This document shows positions 21,442 through 29,600 of a DNA stretch of 64,000 nucleotides, piece after piece. Every line of letters begins with the position of its first letter. Position 1 is the stretch's first letter. The translations under genes and the position numbers were made by a program. The notes under the pieces are model-generated. The model saw nothing but the letters and a program-made list of their open reading frames with translations, was not told the DNA's origin and ran no database searches. Source of the DNA: Polyangia bacterium (GTDB lineage: Bacteria > Myxococcota_A > Polyangia > Nannocystales > Nannocystaceae); contig JAUIFF010000001.1 of NCBI GenBank assembly GCA_030429545.1, positions 83,599 through 147,598 of the forward strand, in the 5' to 3' direction.

Positions 21442-22848
21442 GTGAAACACACCCACGAGTTTGATGTAATTGTGATCGGTAGCGGACCAGGGGCCGAGGG
21501 CGCGGCGATGAAGGCTGCGAAGTCGGGCAAGTCAGTCGCAATTGTCGAACGTCATAGGATCGGTGGTGGTTGTACACACAAGGCGACGATCCCGAGTAAG
21601 GCGCTGCGCCACAGCGTGCGCATGATGACTGAACTGCGCCGCTCCCCGCTGTTTGCCGATGCGATTGCCCACTGCAACATCACCTTTCCCCAACTGATCC
21701 GCAGCGCCGAGTCGGTGATCTCGCGCCAGGTGTCGATGCGGCGCGACTTCTACGACCGCAACGATGTCCGGATTATCCACGGCCATGCCCGGTTTGCCGA
21801 CCCCCACACGATCGAGGTCGATCCGGTTGACGACCCGCGTAGCCCGGGGTGCACGCTGCGGGCCAAAAACTTTGTGATTGCCGTTGGTTCGCGGCCCTAT
21901 CGTCCGACCGATGTCGATTTCAGTCACGCGCGGGTGTTCGACAGCGACAAGATTTTAACCCTCGACCACACCCCACAAAGCATCACGATCTACGGGGCCG
22001 GCGTGGTCGGCTGTGAATATGCATCGATTTTTCGGACGCTCGGCGTCAAGGTCAACCTCGTCAACAGCCGCGACAAACTGCTGTCCTTCCTCGACGATGA
22101 GATTATCGATGCCCTGAGCTACCACCTGCGCGACCAGGGGGTGCTCATTCGCCACAACGAGGTCTACGAGCGGATCGAGCCGCACGCCGATCGGGTCGTC
22201 GTCCACCTGCGCTCGGGCAAGCGGATCAAGTCGGACATCGTGTTGTGGGCCCAGGGCCGGACAGGCAATACTCAAAACCTCGGGCTCGAACACCTCGACA
22301 TCACACCCAACAGCCGCGGGCAGCTCGAGATCGACGAATTCTACCGGACCTCACAGCCGCATGTGTATGCCACCGGCGATGTCGTGGGCTATCCGAGCCT
22401 GGCGTCGGCGGCCTACGACCAGGGGCGGTTTGCCGCGACCCATCTCGTTTCAGGCAAGTGCGATCATCGGCTTGTCGAGGACATCCCAACCGGCATCTAC
22501 ACAAATCCAGAGATCAGCTCAGTCGGTCGCACCGAACGCGAACTCACAGCCGAAAAGGTGCCCTACGAAGTGGGTCACTCGATGTTTCGCAGCCTCGCAC
22601 GGGCCCAGATCACCGGTCATACGGTCGGCATGCTGAAGATCCTGTTTCACCGCGAAACCCTGGAAATCCTCGGTGTGCACTGTTTTGGCGATCAGGCGGC
22701 AGAGATCGTGCACATCGGCCAGGCGATCATGGCCCAGTCGGGTGAGGCCAACCATCTCGAGTACTTCGTCAACACAACTTTCAACTACCCGACGATGGCA
22801 GAGGCCTACCGGGTTGCCGCGCTCAATGGCCTCAATCGAGTGTGCTAG
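21442..22848 (+). CDS. sthA: soluble pyridine nucleotide transhydrogenase (Si-specific NAD(P)+ transhydrogenase)
   Basis: Very high similarity to E. coli SthA along the whole length ([16 protein letters not shown]..., [17 protein letters not shown]..., ...[20 protein letters not shown]). GTG start with AGGAGA RBS. Confidence 0.9.
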   Translation: MKHTHEFDVIVIGSGPGAEGAAMKAAKSGKSVAIVERHRIGGGCTHKATIPSKALRHSVRMMTELRRSPLFADAIAHCNITFPQLIRSAESVISRQVSMRRDFYDRNDVRIIHGHARFADPHTIEVDPVDDPRSPGCTLRAKNFVIAVGSRPYRPTDVDFSHARVFDSDKILTLDHTPQSITIYGAGVVGCEYASIFRTLGVKVNLVNSRDKLLSFLDDEIIDALSYHLRDQGVLIRHNEVYERIEPHADRVVVHLRSGKRIKSDIVLWAQGRTGNTQNLGLEHLDITPNSRGQLEIDEFYRTSQPHVYATGDVVGYPSLASAAYDQGRFAATHLVSGKCDHRLVEDIPTGIYTNPEISSVGRTERELTAEKVPYEVGHSMFRSLARAQITGHTVGMLKILFHRETLEILGVHCFGDQAAEIVHIGQAIMAQSGEANHLEYFVNTTFNYPTMAEAYRVAALNGLNRVC

Positions 22849-23024
22849 GCGGTTTTTTGGCCGCCGCTCGGCCGCCGCAACGGATGCGTGCGCGGTCTGG
22901 CACGCAGCTTCTCGGCGTATGCGCGCGCGTTGGCGTGAACGTCGGTTGTCCAACACATGGGCGCAATCTCGGCCTGGAACTGATATGGTTCCAGCGCCTC
23001 ACCTGATGCGGGAGGACCTCGCCC

Positions 23025-23810
23025 ATGCCCGAGCATGAACTCGCCACGCGCACTTCGGTTACAGCCTACTACTCCCGTAGTCAGCTCTTGATCATCGCCG
23101 AAGGAAAACTCCCGACACCAGATTGGGAGATCGACATCAGCCAAGACCACTCGAGGTCTGAGCTGCCAACTTTCGTGCTCACACGGCGCCCGCGACCAGG
23201 CGATACGTCCAACGATGAGACGCCCTTTCGCTATGGCGAGATCTTTACGATCGGCCGTCCTCCCGACTACATCATGCTGCGCCATGTCGACGGCACCGAC
23301 CGTGTCAATGTCGAGTTTACCCGCGACGATCTCGTCGACATTGTGTTGAGCCTCAGCCTCGAAGACAGCGCCAGCGAGGTGCTTGAGATCCCGTTGAACC
23401 TCGATGCCGATGAGCGGCCACCCCCACCGTCGAAGCCGGTGATGGTCGGGAAGCCAGCGATGGTCGGTCAGCCGGCAACGGTCGGGAAGCCAGCGATGGT
23501 CGGCCAGCGAGCCAACCCGGGGCCAAACAACGGCGGAGGCCTGCAACTGTCGCCCGTCGGCGGTACAGCAACCCTCGGCAGCGACAGCAACCTGACCGAT
23601 ATGGGTGTCCGCTACCGCGAAGCCGTTGGCTATTCCAACAAGCTTTCGTTCGACGAAGCGTTTGCCGATGCCCTCAAGAAATTGCCACCTCCATCGATGA
23701 AGTTCCCCGACATGATGGAGACCGTCGAAGTCGTCCATATCGGCGGCACGTTCGGTGGAATCGCCGGCTTTCATCGGCTCGAAGTGCGGATTCGGGCCTA
23801 CCCAGACTGA
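23025..23810 (+). CDS. hypothetical protein with internal KPAMVGQPATVG tandem repeats
   Basis: GGGAGGA RBS, coding-like codon usage, 18-bp in-frame DNA repeats. The overlapping antisense ORF 22845-23891 is rejected. Confidence 0.45.
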   Translation: MPEHELATRTSVTAYYSRSQLLIIAEGKLPTPDWEIDISQDHSRSELPTFVLTRRPRPGDTSNDETPFRYGEIFTIGRPPDYIMLRHVDGTDRVNVEFTRDDLVDIVLSLSLEDSASEVLEIPLNLDADERPPPPSKPVMVGKPAMVGQPATVGKPAMVGQRANPGPNNGGGLQLSPVGGTATLGSDSNLTDMGVRYREAVGYSNKLSFDEAFADALKKLPPPSMKFPDMMETVEVVHIGGTFGGIAGFHRLEVRIRAYPD

Positions 23811-23921
23811 TGTGTCTGTGGGGGCTGCCACGAAAGTTCGTCTGGCCGGATTGAGCTGTTGATCTGGGTCCCAAGAGCGTGGTATTTCCAATTCCGTTCA
23901 AACCCACCCGCGAGGAGTGAA

Positions 23922-24150
23922 ACAGGTCTAGCTTGTACTTCGGTACGTGATCGGCGTTGCGCCGCTCGAGCAAACTTCATCCCATTCATCACAAGGAAGG
24001 CTATTCCAGAATGTCGCTATCCCGAGAAGTACCCGTAGACGGCGACGGGCTGGAGCAACCTCGCGCATCGAAGTTCCGTACGCCGTCTACGGGTACTTCT
24101 CGGGGCGCATTCAGTGAGCCTTCCATGTCCCAGGTCTTGAGGTAGACTAC
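23922..24150 (+). ncRNA. candidate structured RNA element, copy 2 (paralogue of 20631-20862)
   Basis: Same conserved blocks. Variable helix with compensatory substitutions. Followed by a rho-independent terminator. Confidence 0.45.
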
Positions 24151-24184
24151 TTTCTCGCTACAAATTTTGGACGCTCTCATGCGG

Positions 24185-24228
24185 CCGGCAAAGCATCCCC
24201 CCTAAGAACGCTTTGCCGGTCCTTTTTA
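24185..24228 (+). terminator. rho-independent terminator
   Basis: ccggcaaagc-loop-gctttgccgg followed by tccttttt. Confidence 0.65.
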
Positions 24229-24329
24229 AATGGTTTTGGGCGCGCGGGTTCTTTTGGCCGTGAGACCGGCCCTGAGAAGCTTGCAGTAGGTGACTACAGC
24301 TTCGCTTCTCAGGGCTCGGTTCACGGCCA

Positions 24330-25400
24330 AAAGCCCTCCGCGAATCTTGGTGCGGGGTGTTCGGGAAGCGTAGGCGTTTGGTGTTCGGGAAGCGTAGCGG
24401 GAAGCGCGGGCGTTTTGGTGTTCGGGAAGCGTAGGCGTTTGGTGTTCGGGAAGCGTTTGGTGTTCGGGAAGCGTAGGGTCGCTAGGGTGCGGGTTTGGTG
24501 TTTGGGTAGCGCAGGCGTTTGGGGTAGCGCAGGCGTTTGGGGTTGTCGGGTAGCGCAGGCGTTTGGTGTTCGGGAAGCGTAGGGTCGCTAGGGTTCGGGT
24601 TTGGTGTTTGGGTAGCGCGGGTTCGGGAAGCGTAGGCGTTTGGTGTTCGGAACGCGTAGGCGTTTGGTGTTCGGGAAGCGTAGGCGGTGTTTGGGTAGCG
24701 CAGGCGATGGTTGGGTTGCGCGGGCGTTGGTGTTTGGCGCAGGCGTTTGGTGTTCGGGTTGGGTAGCGCGGGCGTGTTGGGGTAGCGCGGGGCGTTTGGT
24801 CGCGCGTGTTGGGCGTGTTGGGGTAGCGCGTGTTGGGCGTGTTGGGGCGTTTGGTCGGGTGTTGAGTCGCGCGGGCATGTTGGGCTAGCGCGGGTGTTTG
24901 GTCGGGGTTGGGTAGCGCGGGGCGTTTGGTCGCGGTTGGGTAGCGTGGGGTAGCGGAAGTTTGGCCGCAGCGTGGGGTTCGTTTGTAGTGGTTGGGGTAG
25001 CCGACATTGGTCGCAGGGGTGCGGGGTTCGTTTGGGTAGCGTGGGGGGTCGTTTGTAGTGGTTGGGGTAGCCGACATTGGTCGCAGGGTGCGGGGTTCGT
25101 TTGGGTAGCGCCGACGTTTGGCCGCAGGGTGGGGGTTCGTTTGTAGTAGTTGGTAGCGCCGTCGCTTGGTCGCAGGTGCGGGCCTCGTTTTGGGTGATGG
25201 TCGCGGTTGGGTCGCGCCGACGTTTGGTCGCAAGGTGCCGGCTTCGTTTTGGGTAGTGGTTGGGTGGCGTTTGGTCCGGCGGGGTTTCGTGTCGGGTAGC
25301 GCGGAAGTTTGGCCGCAGGGTGGGGTTCATTTGTAGTGGTTGGGTAGCCGACGTTTGGTCGCAGGGGGGCGGGGTTCGTTTGGGTAGCGCCGACGTTCCC
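24330..25400. repeat. ~1.1 kb degenerate G/T-rich tandem repeat (minisatellite-like)
   Basis: Units such as gcgtaggcgtttggtgttcgggaa and ggtagcgccgacgtttggccgcagggtgggggttcgtttgtagtggttg iterated head-to-tail. Strong strand asymmetry. No spacer periodicity. Confidence 0.8.
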
Positions 25401-25691
25401 GACTGGCTGTTGAGGGCCGGCCTCGACTGCTGTGCGACGTACTTCGCAGTTGCCTGTTCTTTTTGTGTGCCCCGGGGGAGCCGCTGGTCGTCGTTGGTCG
25501 GTTGTGCCGGTTTTCTATTGTGTCGGGGCGGACTTGCCTGCGGGCCTTGGTCTTGTTCAGTTGGTTCGTTCGATTGCCTCTGCTGTGAGGCCTGCTTCAC
25601 AGTTGATGGCTTTGGCGGGGATATTTTTACGGTCTGCGAGTTTGATGTACGGTGCACGTCGATCCGCTGCTGCGGTTCGAGGAGCAAGTCT

Positions 25692-26321
25692 GTGAAGCGA
25701 GTCCTGCGGGATGCTAGTCAAGCCTGGAACTTTTTTCGCAGTGGTTTTACCAGCTGGGAAACGACGGCTGCGTTCTTGCCGAGCCAGCGGTTTCTTGTGC
25801 GTACATTGGTTTCGGCGGCCCGCCTCAATGGGGCTCGCAATGTCGTTGAGCTCGGGCCGGGTTTGGGCCATGTCACCTCCAAAATCCTTGCTCGGATGGG
25901 TCACGACTGTCAGCTCTACAGCGTCGAGATCGATCCGGCGATGGTCGAGGCGATGGCGACCAAAGTTACCGATCCGCGACTTCACGTGATCGAAGGCGAT
26001 GCCGCCAAACTGCCGCAATTGCTCGAGCAGGCTGGTTGTACCGGGCCGGTCGACGCGGTGATTTCATCCCTCGGGATGAGCCTGTTGCCGCCGGAGGTGC
26101 GTGAGTCGATCTTTACGGGGATCAAAACGGTGCTCGCCCCTGGCAAGCCCTATGTGCAATACGCCTACTTCCATGCTCGGGTGATTGTGTGGACGGGCTC
26201 CCGTGGCTTTAGCCAGTTTAATATCCGTGAACACCTCGCGCCCCACTTTGGCCAAATGCAGCGCCAACTGGTGTTTGCCAACGTGCCTCCGGCCGCGGTT
26301 TATACCTGCAGCAACAGCTGA
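25692..26321 (+). CDS. class I SAM-dependent methyltransferase (phospholipid N-methyltransferase / rRNA adenine dimethylase-like fold)
   Basis: VELGPGLG SAM-binding motif I. GTG start proposed at 25692 because upstream sequence is repeat-derived. Confidence 0.65.
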   Translation: MKRVLRDASQAWNFFRSGFTSWETTAAFLPSQRFLVRTLVSAARLNGARNVVELGPGLGHVTSKILARMGHDCQLYSVEIDPAMVEAMATKVTDPRLHVIEGDAAKLPQLLEQAGCTGPVDAVISSLGMSLLPPEVRESIFTGIKTVLAPGKPYVQYAYFHARVIVWTGSRGFSQFNIREHLAPHFGQMQRQLVFANVPPAAVYTCSNS

Positions 26322-26341
26322 GACTACTTGTATCAACAATG

Positions 26342-26367
26342 AACCCGGGCCCTGGCCTGGGTTTTTG
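26342..26367 (+). terminator. intrinsic terminator after the methyltransferase gene
   Basis: ccgggc-cctg-gcctgg hairpin plus TTTTT. Confidence 0.55.
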
Positions 26368-26392
26368 TGCAACCGAAGGGCTTTTTAACAAC

Positions 26393-26423
26393 AAAAAACC
26401 CGGACACGCTGGCCCGGGTTTTT
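26393..26423. terminator. bidirectional terminator (A-tract, hairpin, T-tract) serving the convergent minus-strand gene
   Basis: aaaaaa-cccgg...ccggg-ttttt. Confidence 0.5.
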
Positions 26424-26439
26424 GCGGCAACGAAGGACG

Positions 26440-27120
26440 TTAGGGGCAGGCGATCGGGAAGTCGGGGGTGGCTGGCACCGGCAGGTCTGCCGGGTCGGTG
26501 CTCTCAATCCGGACTGCGCCAAAGGTCGAGCCATCGAGCGAAAGCTCGGCCGGCGAGGTGAGGGTGCCGTTGACCAGGCCGCAGATGAAGTTTTCGTCTT
26601 GGATGAAACCCGACATCGTCAAGGTCGCCACCAACTCGCTACCGGTGATCGGGTTGGCCTCGCCGATCACCGTGACCTCGCCGAGATCGACATCGTAGCT
26701 ACCGTCTTCGCGAACCTCGATGTCGTTGAAGATCAGGGCATCTCCCACGGGGAGCCGCGGCATCGTTGTCTGTTGCGGCTCGAGGCTCAGGGGCTGCATC
26801 TCCAGGTTGAGGCTGCCGCCGGTCGGGCTCGGTGTGAAGGTGCCGGTGACGATAAATTGGAGGGGCAGGCCCGGGTTGACCGAGGGATCGAGGCCGAGAA
26901 TAAATGTCCCCGAAACGTCCGCCAACATGGCGCCTAGGTCTTCCTTGGGCGGGGGAATGTCGCGGATCGCCTTGGTGTTGTCGAGGAAGTCCGAAAGCTT
27001 GGCATCGGTGTCGGGGCAACCGGTTGCTCCCGCGAGTGCGGCGACAAGGCTGATGCCTGCAAAGCGCAGCCGCCCAGAGCTTTTGCGTGTGCCAATAGCG
27101 TTTGCCAAATCTGTTGCCAT
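26440..27120 (-). CDS. secreted lipoprotein, unknown function
   Basis: Start at MATDLANAIGTRK. Lipobox LAGATGC. 227 aa. Confidence 0.5.
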   Translation of the reverse strand: MATDLANAIGTRKSSGRLRFAGISLVAALAGATGCPDTDAKLSDFLDNTKAIRDIPPPKEDLGAMLADVSGTFILGLDPSVNPGLPLQFIVTGTFTPSPTGGSLNLEMQPLSLEPQQTTMPRLPVGDALIFNDIEVREDGSYDVDLGEVTVIGEANPITGSELVATLTMSGFIQDENFICGLVNGTLTSPAELSLDGSTFGAVRIESTDPADLPVPATPDFPIACP

Positions 27121-27361
27121 GTCGTCCCGATCCTCAGTTACCTGACCACGGCAGTGTGGCATACCGGCGTGCGAGTCGAAACCTCCAATCGCCACGGTGG
27201 TGGCGAACCTTCGTTTGCGCTGAACCTAGCCAGCTCACATCACCGGGGGACTCCTACTTAAGTGGGATTGTCTCTGGTGTCGGTACAACTTCATAGTAGA
27301 GTGCCCGCGGCAGGGCCTGCGGCCGGCTCCTGTCACTTCATCACCGGAAAGTTGAATCGTC

Positions 27362-28864
27362 ATGGGTTTCATCACCAAACCAACCACCGCCCGCTTGCGT
27401 CGACTCCCACACACCCTTGCAAGTGTCGCGGCGATCGCTGGTTTGTCGCTCGGGTTGGCTGCCGACGCCCAAGCCTCGGGGCTTTCGACGGCACGTTTTG
27501 GTGGCGAGCACGGGCACCCGACGACGGACAACGCGACTGCTGTCTACTACAACCCGGCCGCGTTGGGGTTTAGCAAGGGCACCCACTTTTTTGTCGATGG
27601 CAGCCTGGCGCTGCGGTGGTCTAGCTACACCCGGCCCGAGTCGGCACTGAGCGCGACCGGGCCCGGCGGTGGCACGCCGGACGATGCGGTCTCGGCCAAC
27701 TCGGGTAGGGCTTCGCTGTTCAACCCAATCGCCGCGCCGATGGCCGCTGTTTCGTCGGACTTTGGGACCAAGTTTATGACGGCCGGTGCCGGCTTTTATG
27801 TGCCGTTTGGCGGGGCTGCGGTGTGGAACCAAAATCCCGACTACGAAAACAGCCGCGAGTATCCGGGGGCCAAAGATGGGGTGCAGCGTTGGTACACGAT
27901 CGACGGCTCGTTGCGATCGATGTACTTCACCGGCGCGCTCGCGTTTAACATCGAAAAAATCGGCCTCTCACTCGGGCTTTCGGGCAGTGCCATTCGCAGC
28001 AATGTCGACACCATTCGGGCGCGCAACACCGATGGCACAGACCACGTGGTCGATGCCATGGGGAGGCTCAAAGAGGGCCGCAGCCTGGTCAATGTCAAGG
28101 GCTGGCAGGGTGGCTTTGGCGTGGGTGTGGGTTGGCGGTTGCGCGACCTGCTGTGGATCGGGGCCTCGTACACAAGTCAGCCCAACGTCGCCGGCGGGAT
28201 GCGGCTTAAGGGTGTACTTACAAATGTTCTGACAACTCAGGACCGCGAGGACACCGACGTCATTTTAACCCAAACCCTGCCCGAGATTATTCGCCTAGGC
28301 GTGCGTGTGCGCCCCATCAAGAAGCTCGAGTTGCGGCTGTTTGGCGACTACACCCGCTGGTCGGTGATGGACAAGCAGTGCGTGTTTCCCCAGGGGATCG
28401 AGGGCGACCCGTGCGACGAGTTCACCAACACCGACACCGCGCTGACCGATCCGGCCAATTTCGGTGGTGAGCCCGACCTCGCCGACGGTGTCAGCATCAC
28501 CCAGCACTTGCCGCGGTTTTGGAAAGATGCCGGTGGCGTGCGCGTGGGTGCCAGTTACTGGATTATTCCCCAGGTCGAGGCCTATATCGGTGCCGGCTAC
28601 GACAGCTCGGCGGTCCCCGCCGAAACCATTGAGCCGGCCCTGATGGACGCCAACAAGGTCACGGCATCGCTCGGGGTGCGGGCCCAGATCATCAAGAACT
28701 TTGCCCTCGCGCTCACGCTGACCGACATCATCTACCTGCCGGTCGACACCGACGGGAGCAACGTGCTCAACGACTTTCAGGCGCCGACCAAACAGGCCGA
28801 TGCCAACGGTGTCTACAAGCAAAATATCGGCCTGCTCAACGTCTACGTCGACGTCTCGTTTTAG
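27362..28864 (+). CDS. outer-membrane beta-barrel transporter, FadL/OmpP1/TodX-like (putative)
   Basis: Signal peptide ending AQA, alternating amphipathic beta-strand pattern, C-terminal aromatic (..VDVSF). Loose resemblance to the FadL family. Confidence 0.5.
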   Translation: MGFITKPTTARLRRLPHTLASVAAIAGLSLGLAADAQASGLSTARFGGEHGHPTTDNATAVYYNPAALGFSKGTHFFVDGSLALRWSSYTRPESALSATGPGGGTPDDAVSANSGRASLFNPIAAPMAAVSSDFGTKFMTAGAGFYVPFGGAAVWNQNPDYENSREYPGAKDGVQRWYTIDGSLRSMYFTGALAFNIEKIGLSLGLSGSAIRSNVDTIRARNTDGTDHVVDAMGRLKEGRSLVNVKGWQGGFGVGVGWRLRDLLWIGASYTSQPNVAGGMRLKGVLTNVLTTQDREDTDVILTQTLPEIIRLGVRVRPIKKLELRLFGDYTRWSVMDKQCVFPQGIEGDPCDEFTNTDTALTDPANFGGEPDLADGVSITQHLPRFWKDAGGVRVGASYWIIPQVEAYIGAGYDSSAVPAETIEPALMDANKVTASLGVRAQIIKNFALALTLTDIIYLPVDTDGSNVLNDFQAPTKQADANGVYKQNIGLLNVYVDVSF

Positions 28865-28978
28865 GTCGTCGCGGGCCGTGTCGACCGTCGAGAACGCCCG
28901 GGCAGTGCTTGTAGCTGCACCGAGTGCGGGGTTGGCTGAGAGCTCCACATTTGCCCACGGACCGGCTAACATCCGGTT

Positions 28979-29467
28979 GTGACCCCCGTCGAACGTTTTC
29001 GCCTGTGTTGGGACCATGTCAACCGCCTGATGTCGCGGCGGCAATCGGTCACCAGCATCTACTTGAGTGTCAATGCGGCGATCATTGGTGCACTCGCGTA
29101 CATGCTCAAAGGGTCACACCCGCTGACGCTCGGCCAGCAGGTTGCGATGGTGCTGCTGATGATCGCGGGGATCGTCGCCTGCAGCCTGTGGCGACGGCTT
29201 GTGCTGCGTTACAGCGCGCTACTCGACTGGTGGTACGCCGAACTTCGTAGCCTCGAGCAGCGTGAGCCAGAGCTTGGGGACCTCGTCAATCGCGAGTTCG
29301 CGGCGTTTTATCAGCGTCGCAAAACAAGTGCAGATACACGCAGTCGGCCCGAGCTCCATCTTACCGTTTACGAAAGCCGGCTCTCCTGGCTTTTTACGGT
29401 GACATACGCGGTCTTTACGGTGATTTTGTTGGGGCTGATTGCCCTCGAGTTGCCGGCGATGTTGTAG
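28979..29467 (+). CDS. hypothetical small membrane protein
   Basis: 162 aa, three predicted TM segments, coding-like codon usage. Confidence 0.45.
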   Translation: MTPVERFRLCWDHVNRLMSRRQSVTSIYLSVNAAIIGALAYMLKGSHPLTLGQQVAMVLLMIAGIVACSLWRRLVLRYSALLDWWYAELRSLEQREPELGDLVNREFAAFYQRRKTSADTRSRPELHLTVYESRLSWLFTVTYAVFTVILLGLIALELPAML

Positions 29468-29600
29468 CCGCGTGACCCCCGGCGCTGGCACCTGATGACC
29501 GTTGACTCAGGGCAGGGCGGCAGTCGATTTGCCGCAATCTAGTGTGGATACACATTCTCCTGTCGATGTACGGGTCCACGAGTTTTTGTACCCTGGGTCC

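Noticed and set aside
22845-23891. Minus-strand 348-aa ORF
   Set aside because: Mirror image of the repeat-containing plus-strand gene 23025-23810. It has no RBS and its repeat translation (HRWLPD...) looks non-biological.
20631-24150. Integron attC sites or a retron msr/msd for the paired hairpin elements
   Set aside because: attC sites have conserved R/L core boxes at the ends and a variable centre. Here the centre loop is the conserved part, and no GTTRRRY cores are present. No reverse transcriptase gene follows either copy, so a retron is unsupported.
24330-25400. Possible CRISPR array (regular short repeats)
   Set aside because: Repeat units abut each other with no unique constant-length spacers and are degenerate. 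No cas genes nearby. A minisatellite, not CRISPR.
24226-25687. Minus-strand Pro/Thr/Asn-rich ORFs (335 and 401 aa) in the repeat tract
   Set aside because: Pure translation of the tandem repeat. No start context or signal peptide. Overlapping alternative frames are equally open.
28295-29044. Minus-strand 249-aa ORF
   Set aside because: Antisense to the outer-membrane protein gene 27362-28864. Arg/Val/Asp-rich junk translation.
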